A stretch of DNA of 64,000 bases from Pseudomonadota bacterium (GTDB lineage: Bacteria > Pseudomonadota > Alphaproteobacteria > Rhodobacterales > Rhodobacteraceae), in assembly GCA_038532435.1 (NCBI GenBank), contig JBCBAP010000002.1, positions 66,327 to 130,326 on the forward strand, given 5' to 3'. The notes under the pieces are model-generated. The model made no database searches. It saw only the letters and a program-made list of their open reading frames with translations, and was not told the origin of the DNA. The number at the start of each line of letters is the position of its first letter. Position 1 is the first letter of the stretch. A program made the position numbers and the translations under genes. This document shows positions 29,825 through 37,337 of this stretch, piece after piece.

Positions 29825-30655
29825 TTATTTCACCGCGCCGAAGGTCAGTCCGCGGACAAGCTGTTTCTGGCTGAACCAGCCGAGGATGAGAATTGGCGCA
29901 ATGGCCATGGTGGAGGCTGCGCTGAGCTTTGCGTAGAACAGACCCTCCGGGCTCGAGTAGCTCGCGATAAAGGCGGTGAGCGGCCCGGCCTGCGCCGCCG
30001 TGAGGTTCAGCGTCCAGAACGCCTCGTTCCACGCGAGAATGATGTTGAGAAGCACGGTCGAGGCGATGCCGGGGATCGCCATGGGCGTGAGCACGTAGAG
30101 GATCTCCTCCTTCAGCGTTGCCCCGTCCATCCGCGCGGCCTCAAGGATCTCTCCGGGGATTTCCTTGAAGTATGTGTAGAGCATCCAGATGATGATCGGC
30201 AGGTTGATCAGCATGAGGATGATGACGAGCCCGAGCCGCGTGTCCAGCAAACCGAGTTCAATGAAGATGAGGTAGATCGGGTAGAGCACGCCGACCGCGG
30301 GCAACATCTTCGTCGAGAGCATCCAGAGGAGGATGTCCTTGGTCCGCTTCGAGGGGACGAAGGCCATGGACCATGCGGCGGGTACCGCGATCAGGATCCC
30401 CAGGAACGTGGAGCCTCCAGCAATGATCACCGAATTCCACAGGAACCGCATGTAGTTCGACCGTTCCTGCACCACCGCGTAGTTTTCCAGCGTCCAGTCG
30501 AAGAACAGGAACAGCGGGGGATCGTTAATCGCCTGAGCCTCGGTCTTGAAGCTCGTCAGGATGGTCCACAGGATCGGGAAGAAGATGAGAAGTCCGATCA
30601 CCCAGGCCAGAGCGGTGTTGAATGCCTTGCGTTGTGCGGTGACTGCGCGTGCCAT
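29825..30655 (-). CDS. smoG: Carbohydrate ABC transporter permease
   Basis: 276 aa with 6 TM segments and an EAA-loop-like EAARMDGAT. Confidence 0.82.
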   Translation of the reverse strand: MARAVTAQRKAFNTALAWVIGLLIFFPILWTILTSFKTEAQAINDPPLFLFFDWTLENYAVVQERSNYMRFLWNSVIIAGGSTFLGILIAVPAAWSMAFVPSKRTKDILLWMLSTKMLPAVGVLYPIYLIFIELGLLDTRLGLVIILMLINLPIIIWMLYTYFKEIPGEILEAARMDGATLKEEILYVLTPMAIPGIASTVLLNIILAWNEAFWTLNLTAAQAGPLTAFIASYSSPEGLFYAKLSAASTMAIAPILILGWFSQKQLVRGLTFGAVK

Positions 30656-30665
30656 CGTGCCCTCC

Positions 30666-31532
30666 CTACGTGTCCAGGTTCTTGCCGACGATGCGCATCA
30701 GGAAGAGCGCAACGATGTTGGCGAGGATGATTGCATAGACCCCGCCCGCCGACCCAAGCCCGACATTCTGGCTCTCCAGCACCCGCTGGAAGATCAGGTA
30801 GGTCAAGGTGCGCGTTCCGAAGGATCCCTGGGTGGTGACGAAGATCTCGGCGAAGATCGAGAGCAAGAAGATCGTCTGGATCAGGATCACCACCGTGATC
30901 GCGCGGGACAGGTGCGGCAGGATGATGAAGAAAAAGCGTGAAAGCGGTGGTGCCCCGTCCATCTCCGCAGCCTCCAACTGCTCGCTGTCGAGCGACTGGA
31001 TCGCGGTCAAAAGGATCAGTGTCGCGAAGGGCAGCCACTGCCAGCTTACGATCAGGATGATCGATTCAAGCGAGGCCTGGCTGAGCCAGGACACCGGCTC
31101 GGCCCCGAAAAACTCCCACAGATGGGCAAAAAGGCCGTTCACCGGATCCATGAACATGTTCTTCCACACCAGCGCGGAAACCGTCGGCATGACGAAAAAG
31201 GGGGCGATCACAAGGATCCGCACGATCCCCTGCCCCCACATCGGCTGATCGAGCAAAAGCGCGAGCAGCACGCCCAGAACAATGGTGATCACGAGCACCC
31301 CGCCCACGATCATCAGTGTTGCGTAGACGCTGGGCCAGAACGAACTGGAGGTGACAAATCTTGCGTAGTTCTCGAACCCTACCCATCCGAGGTCTCCACC
31401 CCTCAGGGGCAGGTATCTCTTGAATGAAAAGTAGAGCGTCATCGTCAGGGGAACGAGCATCCAGCCCAAGAGCAGCACCACGGCGGGCGCCATCATCAGG
31501 CGGGCGGCTGATCTGGAATGCTGGGTCGACAT
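30666..31532 (-). CDS. smoF: Carbohydrate ABC transporter permease
   Basis: ATG at 31532 lies 8 nt after GGAGGA. Has an EAA-loop-like EAAEMDGAP. Confidence 0.82.
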   Translation of the reverse strand: MSTQHSRSAARLMMAPAVVLLLGWMLVPLTMTLYFSFKRYLPLRGGDLGWVGFENYARFVTSSSFWPSVYATLMIVGGVLVITIVLGVLLALLLDQPMWGQGIVRILVIAPFFVMPTVSALVWKNMFMDPVNGLFAHLWEFFGAEPVSWLSQASLESIILIVSWQWLPFATLILLTAIQSLDSEQLEAAEMDGAPPLSRFFFIILPHLSRAITVVILIQTIFLLSIFAEIFVTTQGSFGTRTLTYLIFQRVLESQNVGLGSAGGVYAIILANIVALFLMRIVGKNLDT

Positions 31533-31604
31533 CCGACATCTCCTCCGTTGACGGCACAGCATGCCGCCCTGGACGATAGTGAGGGGAACTGGGGTGGGAT
31601 GAAA

Positions 31605-31626
31605 GGGCGGCGCCAGAGCGCCGCCC
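31605..31626 (-). terminator. Intercistronic 9-bp GC hairpin after the substrate-binding protein gene
   Basis: GGGCGGCGC-caga-GCGCCGCCC. On the minus strand only TTT follows it, so it is more likely a partial terminator or mRNA stabiliser between smoE and smoF. Confidence 0.5.
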
Positions 31627-31644
31627 CCGATCCCTGGGAGGCGG

Positions 31645-32946
31645 TCAGTAGCCGGCCGCTTCCATCTCTTCGGCGGTCAGCGCCTGCGCCTTTGCCAGCG
31701 CTTCGTCGGCGGTCTGCTGACCTGCCAGGGCCGCGGAGAACTCCTGACCGACCTGCGTCGCGATGCCCGCAAACTCGGGGATCGCCACGAACTGGACACC
31801 CACATAGGGCACCGGATCGACGGTCGGGTTGAGCGGATCAGCCGCGTTGATGCTGTCGAGCGTCATCTTCGCGAACGGAACCTCTGCGTAGTTGGGGTTC
31901 TCGTAGAGCGAGGTCCGGCTGCCCGGGGGCACGTTGGCCCAGCCCTCGTTTTCAGCCACCAGCTCCAGGTACTCCTTGGAGGTCGCCCACTGGATGAACT
32001 CCTTCGCGGCGCCTTCCTGCGCCGTACCCGCCGGGATCGCCAGCGCCCACGCCCAGAGCCAGTTGCCCCGCTTGCCCAGACCCGTGTCCGGCGCGAGCGC
32101 GAAGCTCACTTTGTCGGCCACGGTCGAATCGTCGGGGTTGGTCACGAAGGACGCAGCCACGGTCGCGTCGATCCACATGCCGCACTTGCCCTGCTGGAAC
32201 AGCGACAGGTTCTCGTTGAACCCGTTGTTCGACGCACCCGGAGGGCCCGCATCGTTCATCAGGTCGAGGTAGAAGGTCAGCGTCTCCTTCCACTGCGGGC
32301 TGTCGAACTGCGGCGTCCAGTTCTCGTCGAACCAGCGTGCGCCAAAGGCGTTGGAGGTCGCGGTGAGGAACGCCATGTTCTCACCCCAGCCAGCCTTGCC
32401 GCGCAGGCAGATGCCGTAGATCTCGTTGTCCCTGTCCGTCATCGCCCGTGCGGCGTTTGCGACAAACTCCCAGGTCGGCGCATCCGGCATGTCCAGACCG
32501 GCGGCCGCCATCAGGTCGGTCCGGTACATGATCATGGAGGATTCGCCATAGAAGGGCGCGGCATAGAGCGTGCCCTCGTGGGAAAGACCGCCGCGCATCG
32601 CCGGCAGGATGTCATCCACGTCGTAGGAGGCAGGAAGGTCGTCGAGTGCGACGAGCCAGCCGTTCTTCGCCCAGATCGGCGTTTCGTACATGCCGATCGT
32701 CATGATGTCGAACTGACCACCCTTGGTGGTGATGTCCGTCGTGACCCGCTGACGGAGAACGTTCTCCTCAAGGGTCACCCACTCCACGGTGTGCCCGGTC
32801 TTCGCCGTGAAATCGTCGGTCAGACCCTGCATCCGGATCATGTCCCCGTTGTTCACGGTCGCGATGGTGATGGTTTCCGCATATGCGCCGCTCGCTGTTA
32901 CCAACGACAGCGCAGTCGCCGCACGAAGTGCGTTCCTCAGGTACAT
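31645..32946 (-). CDS. smoE: Polyol/sugar ABC transporter substrate-binding protein
   Basis: 433 aa with signal peptide LSLVTASGAYA/ET. It is the first gene of the operon, and GGGAGGAG lies upstream of the ATG. Confidence 0.85.
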   Translation of the reverse strand: MYLRNALRAATALSLVTASGAYAETITIATVNNGDMIRMQGLTDDFTAKTGHTVEWVTLEENVLRQRVTTDITTKGGQFDIMTIGMYETPIWAKNGWLVALDDLPASYDVDDILPAMRGGLSHEGTLYAAPFYGESSMIMYRTDLMAAAGLDMPDAPTWEFVANAARAMTDRDNEIYGICLRGKAGWGENMAFLTATSNAFGARWFDENWTPQFDSPQWKETLTFYLDLMNDAGPPGASNNGFNENLSLFQQGKCGMWIDATVAASFVTNPDDSTVADKVSFALAPDTGLGKRGNWLWAWALAIPAGTAQEGAAKEFIQWATSKEYLELVAENEGWANVPPGSRTSLYENPNYAEVPFAKMTLDSINAADPLNPTVDPVPYVGVQFVAIPEFAGIATQVGQEFSAALAGQQTADEALAKAQALTAEEMEAAGY

Positions 32947-33021
32947 CCGACTCCTCCCTGTTTCTTTTTGGATGTTGTCCGCAAACGGTACGGGAGGAGA
33001 TTGCGCGCCGTCAATTAATTT

Positions 33022-33035
33022 TTTACGCGCGTAAA
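33022..33035. promoter_or_regulatory. Candidate LacI-type operator TTTACGCGCGTAAA
   Basis: Perfect 14-bp palindrome in the AT-rich spacer, 76-89 nt upstream of the smoE ATG and just after the LacI-family gene. Confidence 0.5.
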
Positions 33036-33061
33036 GAAAAAACGTTCTTGATCGAGATTAT

Positions 33062-34093
33062 TCAGGCAGATCCACGCATGATCAGCTTGCCGTCAAAGAG
33101 CGCGCTTTCGCGCACAGACGGCCGCTGCCCCGATTCTATAATGGACAAAAGCGCCTCGGCGCTTTTCTCGGCAATCGAGGTGTAGTCCTGGGATACGGTG
33201 GTGAGGGTAGGGCAGGTGTAGCGGGAAAACGGGTGGTCATCATGGCCTGCGACCCGCAACGCACAGCCGCTGCCAAGCCCCACGCGCAGGCCGAGTTCGT
33301 AGGCTGCAGACAGGAACCCGATGGCAAGCCGGTCGTTGCTGCACAGGACGGTATCTGTTGGCAGGTTTCGCTGCTCTATGAAACGGGCTCCTTCACGGTG
33401 GCCGATCTCCTCAAAATCCCACCCGTCCCCCTCTGCCTGGATGAGATGCGGCGTGTGGCCTCGCGCGTCCATCGCTGCGAGGTAGGCCGCCCGCCGTTTG
33501 TTCGCGTTCGGGTTGGTCGGTGACTTCATCTCGAAGAATGCCGGAGGCTCACCGGTCCGACACAGGTAATCCACGATCAGACCGACGCTCTGGCGGTTAT
33601 CCAGACCGACGAATGCCTCGCCTAACTCACTGATATTGCTGTCGAAAAGGACTGTCGGAACGTCTTTGCAGAACGCTTCGATGCGGCCGCTTTCCGACGC
33701 CCGGCCGAGCGGTGCCAGCAGGACACCCGCCGGTTTTATCGAGCGCAGGCTCTCCAGGTTGTCGAGCTCCTGCGAGGGATCCCCGTGGGAGCTCAGAAGG
33801 ATCGGGCGAAATCCTGCGGCAATGATCAGGTTTTCGATGTTGCGTGCGATCTCCGCAAAGAACGGATCCGCAAGGTAGGGCACGACGATGCCGATATTCT
33901 TCGTCAACCGGCGGTTCTGGTTCATCGCATAGACGTTGGGTCGGTAGTCATACCGCTCCAGCGCCGCCTCGATCCGCTGACGGGTCGACTGCCGGACGCT
34001 TTGCGGATCGTGGAAATACTTCGAGACCGTGGGCCGGGAGATCCCGCTGACCGCAGCGAACTCCTCCATGTTTCTGATCTTCGGTTCGTTCAT
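33062..34093 (-). CDS. LacI-family transcriptional regulator
   Basis: ATG at 34093. Helix-turn-helix MEEFAAVSGISRPTVSKYF, followed by a periplasmic-binding-protein-like effector domain. Confidence 0.85.
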   Translation of the reverse strand: MNEPKIRNMEEFAAVSGISRPTVSKYFHDPQSVRQSTRQRIEAALERYDYRPNVYAMNQNRRLTKNIGIVVPYLADPFFAEIARNIENLIIAAGFRPILLSSHGDPSQELDNLESLRSIKPAGVLLAPLGRASESGRIEAFCKDVPTVLFDSNISELGEAFVGLDNRQSVGLIVDYLCRTGEPPAFFEMKSPTNPNANKRRAAYLAAMDARGHTPHLIQAEGDGWDFEEIGHREGARFIEQRNLPTDTVLCSNDRLAIGFLSAAYELGLRVGLGSGCALRVAGHDDHPFSRYTCPTLTTVSQDYTSIAEKSAEALLSIIESGQRPSVRESALFDGKLIMRGSA

Positions 34094-34159
34094 CGTCTCT
34101 CGCCTCGGGCGCAGGGTCAGCCGCCGATCGCGCCCGCGTGCCATACTGTCCAATCTGCC

Positions 34160-34174
34160 TGACCATAATGGTCA
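34160..34174. promoter_or_regulatory. Palindrome TGACCAT-A-ATGGTCA
   Basis: 7-bp perfect arms, 67 nt upstream of the LacI-family gene ATG. Confidence 0.35.
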
Positions 34175-34268
34175 TACTTATTTGACGGGCGCAAACTTTG
34201 TGGTGTGAGATCAGTTTTGATTTGCGTCCAACCCCCGCAGTCTGCGTCGAATCACAGGGCAGTCGGTG

Positions 34269-34286
34269 GGAATCTGATCAGATTCC
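34269..34286. repeat. Perfect 18-bp palindrome GGAATCTGATCAGATTCC carrying two GANTC sites
   Basis: Read directly from the sequence. A third GANTC lies at 34249-34253. Confidence 0.6.
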
Positions 34287-34557
34287 AGTCTGTTGGCCGG
34301 CTGATATTGAGACTTTGATGCGTGTGTGTGCAAATCGCGAGTGCAGAGGTCAAAATCTGTGCAAATGGCTCCGTGGTATTTGTCCATTTGGTCAAGATGT
34401 TTGGTGTCCCCCTGAAATTCATGGTTCCGTTGGGTCAGTGAGTGCGTTCAGCGAGTTGCGTTGAGACCCGGCGGCGCAAGCAGACTGGCAAAGCCGGGGA
34501 GGCAGGAGCGGAGGTTCGCGAGGCGGAGTGCCCGTAGTTTGGGGGGCGGTCGCACGG

Positions 34558-34673
34558 GGCGAACAGCCCATACCGGTGGGGGTTGCCGGAGTTGGGGCCG
34601 CGGGGCCGGTCGGGCTGGAGCGTCTGGGGTATGTGCGGACCTCGGGCTGTTCGCCGACCAGCCGCGCGGCCCC
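34558..34673. repeat. Long-range inverted repeats forming a possible structured RNA element
   Basis: GGCGAACAGCCC (34558-69) pairs with GGGCTGTTCGCC (34644-55), a 12/12 match. GGGGCCGCG (34594-602) pairs with CGCGGCCCC (34665-73). A T6 run follows at 34677-82 on the plus strand. Confidence 0.45.
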
Positions 34674-34681
34674 ACATTTTT

Positions 34682-35242
34682 TCAGGCGCCGCGCGCGATC
34701 GCAGCAACGCCGGTGCGGGCAACCTCTACGAGGCCGAGCGGAACCATCAGATCCACAAACGCATCGATCTTCTCTGACGTGCCGGTCATCTCGAACACAA
34801 AGCTTTCGAGTGTCGAATCGACCACCTTGGCCCGGAAGACATCCGCGAGGCGAAGCGCCTCGACCCGGTCGTTGCCGGTACCGGCCACCTTGATCAGGGC
34901 AAGCTCGCGTTCCACGGATGGCCCTTCAACGGTCAGGTCGTGGACCTCGTGCACCACGACCATGCGTTCGAGTTGCGCCTTGATCTGGTAGATCACCTGC
35001 GGCGTTCCCGTCGTCACGATGGTGATGCGGGAGCGGTGGCCGGTATGGTCAATCTCAGCGACCGTGAGGCTGTCGATGTTGTAGCCGCGCCCCGAGAAGA
35101 GGCCGATGACCCGGGCGAGCACCCCATCCACATTGTCAACGACGACGCCGAGCGTGTGCCGCTCCACCACGTCACCGAGCGGGTTCTTGAGGTCGTAGGC
35201 GGACTGTCGGCTGGTGCCCTTTTTGATGTTGAGCGCGTTCAT
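34682..35242 (-). CDS. ilvH: Acetolactate synthase small (regulatory) subunit
   Basis: In-frame ATG at 35242 (MNALNIKKG) after GAGGA. ACT domain HTLGVVVDNVDGVLARVIGLFSGRGYNIDSL plus the ALS small-subunit C-terminal domain. The listed 285-aa ORF extension is rejected. Confidence 0.92.
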   Translation of the reverse strand: MNALNIKKGTSRQSAYDLKNPLGDVVERHTLGVVVDNVDGVLARVIGLFSGRGYNIDSLTVAEIDHTGHRSRITIVTTGTPQVIYQIKAQLERMVVVHEVHDLTVEGPSVERELALIKVAGTGNDRVEALRLADVFRAKVVDSTLESFVFEMTGTSEKIDAFVDLMVPLGLVEVARTGVAAIARGA

Positions 35243-35976
35243 GGGGCGGTTCCTCGTTTGATTTCGGGTCGTGTACCGGATTGGGTGGGCCGGGCCAAGG
35301 GGTCGGTCATCCAGGCGGGGCAGGCGGAGGCGATGCGGGCGGCGTCCTCTGGCGACATTTCGGTCCGGTGACGGCACGGAACGCCCTTGTTGAACTGGGT
35401 GAAGCGGGCCTGTTTGAGCGCGGCAACATCGATCGGCGCGCGGGAGACGCTGTGATGTGCGGCGAGCCGGTCGAGGGTCATCTCCGCGTCGAAAGCAATG
35501 TCCGCATAGTCGAGTGTCAGCGCGCCCGCGTCCTGCCACGCATCGAAAGCGGCGATCTGGCCGAGGATGCTTGCAAGTGCATCATCGAGCGTCCCGATCT
35601 CCGAGAACGGGATCTGTCCCCTGGCGCGAGCACGGGCGCCGTGGTCCATGAGCGACAGCGCCATGTCGCGCGGATCCCGCCAGCACGCATGGGCTGACGC
35701 CCGCCCGTCGCGCAGCAGGGGCAGGACAGCGGGGCCAGGGCGCTGATGGGTTTTCAGGACGAGGGGATGGCCCAGCCGTTGCGCCTCCAGCCACAGGCGC
35801 CCGAGCTGGCCGGGGCTCACGTCATCCACATAGTTGATGCGGCGGGGGGCTCCCAGAGCCTCAGCGGGCAGGTCAGGCTGCACAGGGCCCGCCGCATCGA
35901 GCAGGGCGCTTGTATAGTGGAACGCGAGCGTGGAGCCCGACTTCAGCATCCCGTAGCTGAAGATGAGTCGGGTCAC
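35239..35976 (-). CDS. Sulfotransferase-like protein
   Basis: GTG at 35976 overlaps the stop of the upstream gene (GTGA). It has a 5'-PSB-like LKSGSTLA and a 3'-PB-like WRDPRDMALS. Its stop overlaps the ilvH ATG (ATGA). Confidence 0.55.
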   Translation of the reverse strand: MTRLIFSYGMLKSGSTLAFHYTSALLDAAGPVQPDLPAEALGAPRRINYVDDVSPGQLGRLWLEAQRLGHPLVLKTHQRPGPAVLPLLRDGRASAHACWRDPRDMALSLMDHGARARARGQIPFSEIGTLDDALASILGQIAAFDAWQDAGALTLDYADIAFDAEMTLDRLAAHHSVSRAPIDVAALKQARFTQFNKGVPCRHRTEMSPEDAARIASACPAWMTDPLARPTQSGTRPEIKRGTAP

Positions 35977-36695
35977 GATCCGGCCATGAGGTCGCGCGCC
36001 ATCGCGATGAGCGGGGCGTTGTCTGCAACGGGTGTGCCGTCGGGCAGGCTTTGCACATCCTCCAGCCCCATGCGTGTGGACAGGCCACGCAGGCGCGCCT
36101 CCATGAGCATGGGCCAGGCGGACCGGCCGCAGCCATGGAGCAGGATCGGGAGGGCGGGACCATGCTCTGCCAGATGGGCAAGGATGCGCGCGGCTTCGGC
36201 CTTCGCGACCGGCGCGGAACAGTCGGGCAGTTCGATCAGGATGCGCAGGCACCTCTCCGCCGCGGTCAGGTCAGTGAACCGGCGGGCATCCTCGAGCGTC
36301 CAAAGCCCCGCCTCGATCCCGATCTCCTGCCGGATCATCAGGTCCATGACCGTGGGCGCGTCGGGTTCGCGCAGGTTGATCGAGACGAAATCGGGACGCT
36401 CCGTCCAGCCCGCGATATCGTCATGGCGGGCGGTGCCACCGGGCGCAATCCAGTCGCCGGTACCGATGCCCACACCCACGCCAGGGACCGCGGCACGGAT
36501 CGCGGTCAGTGCCGCGGCAACCGCATCGGGCGCGAGCGTTTCCACGCCAGCGGCATCGCGCGGGTGGACGTGCAAGCTCTCGGCTCCGGCAGCGATCGCC
36601 ACTTGCGCCTCGGCGGCCAGTTCCGCCGGGCGGCGGGGCACGCCCACCGCGGCATCTGGCTGGGTGCCGCCGTTGAGACAGGCCTGCAGCATCAT
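35973..36695 (-). CDS. DUF849 / beta-keto acid cleavage enzyme (BKACE) family protein, short form
   Basis: 240 aa with N-terminal ACLNGG and a metal-binding-like SLHVHPRD. Forms an ATGA overlap with the upstream lipoprotein gene. Confidence 0.55.
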   Translation of the reverse strand: MMLQACLNGGTQPDAAVGVPRRPAELAAEAQVAIAAGAESLHVHPRDAAGVETLAPDAVAAALTAIRAAVPGVGVGIGTGDWIAPGGTARHDDIAGWTERPDFVSINLREPDAPTVMDLMIRQEIGIEAGLWTLEDARRFTDLTAAERCLRILIELPDCSAPVAKAEAARILAHLAEHGPALPILLHGCGRSAWPMLMEARLRGLSTRMGLEDVQSLPDGTPVADNAPLIAMARDLMAGS

Positions 36696-37327
36696 TGGGT
36701 GACCTCCGCGCGCCAGGACCAGGAGACCTTGTTGGCGGCGGTGATCGGATCACGGCCGAGCCGGGCCACCGCCTCCGCAAGGGTGATCTCCGTCGCCTCG
36801 GGCATGACGAAGGGCAGGGCACCGCCTGACAGGCCCACCGGATCCCCGTCCACGATCTCGTCGGAAATGTAGAGCGATTCCGCGGCGAACCGGCAGGACC
36901 ACTGGCCCCCCGCCTCCTCGGTTACCGGGTTGTAGGTGTCCGGCCCGTATCGGTAGCACATGCGCGCCCGTCGCTCGTCGGGCAACTGCTCCGTCCGCCA
37001 GTCCCCGATCACCAACTCGACGTTGCCCGGATACCAGAGAAACGCCTTGCCGTCAGGCGAGAGGTATTCGATCTGGTTGCCGTGCCAAGGGGTGAAGCTG
37101 CGGGTCGTCGTGTCGGTGTAGAACGCCTCCAGCGTTTCCCGGGTTGCGGCGATGGCCTGCATGGCCTCCGCCTCTTCCAAGGTGATCGGGGCGATCCCTT
37201 CGGGCAGAGGCGGAACCTCGGTGCAGGCGGCGATCAGCAGGATCCCTGCGAAGCCAGGCAGCGACAGGGCGCGTTGGGGCCGACAGTGTCGGTGTTGCGC
37301 TTGCTGGTCGTGCTCTGCCCGTTTCAT
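36692..37327 (-). CDS. Lipoprotein of unknown function (paralog B)
   Basis: In-frame ATG at 37327 with lipobox LLIAAC. Shares FLWYPGN, YRY..YNPVT and GDP..LS.G..PF.MP blocks with the adjacent gene. Confidence 0.6.
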   Translation of the reverse strand: MKRAEHDQQAQHRHCRPQRALSLPGFAGILLIAACTEVPPLPEGIAPITLEEAEAMQAIAATRETLEAFYTDTTTRSFTPWHGNQIEYLSPDGKAFLWYPGNVELVIGDWRTEQLPDERRARMCYRYGPDTYNPVTEEAGGQWSCRFAAESLYISDEIVDGDPVGLSGGALPFVMPEATEITLAEAVARLGRDPITAANKVSWSWRAEVTQ

Positions 37328-37337
37328 GCGTGGAACC

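Noticed and set aside
28844-30730. 628-aa plus-strand ORF across smoK and smoG
   Set aside because: It is antisense to two well-supported ABC transporter genes. It has no recognisable motifs and an extreme Arg/Asp/His composition.
34198-34464. 88-aa plus-strand ORF as a conventional protein gene
   Set aside because: It has a TTG start, no SD and codon usage dominated by A/T-ending codons in a 65% GC genome. It is kept only as a low-probability mini-ORF inside the spacer finding.
35977-36252. N-terminal extension of ORF 35239..36252, with similar extensions at 2616..3014, 7027..7122, 35243..35539, 46004..46096 and 59075..59323
   Set aside because: The extensions overlap neighbouring genes, lack SD support and have Arg/Pro/Gly-rich composition. 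Internal starts with SD or stop-start overlaps fit the protein families better.
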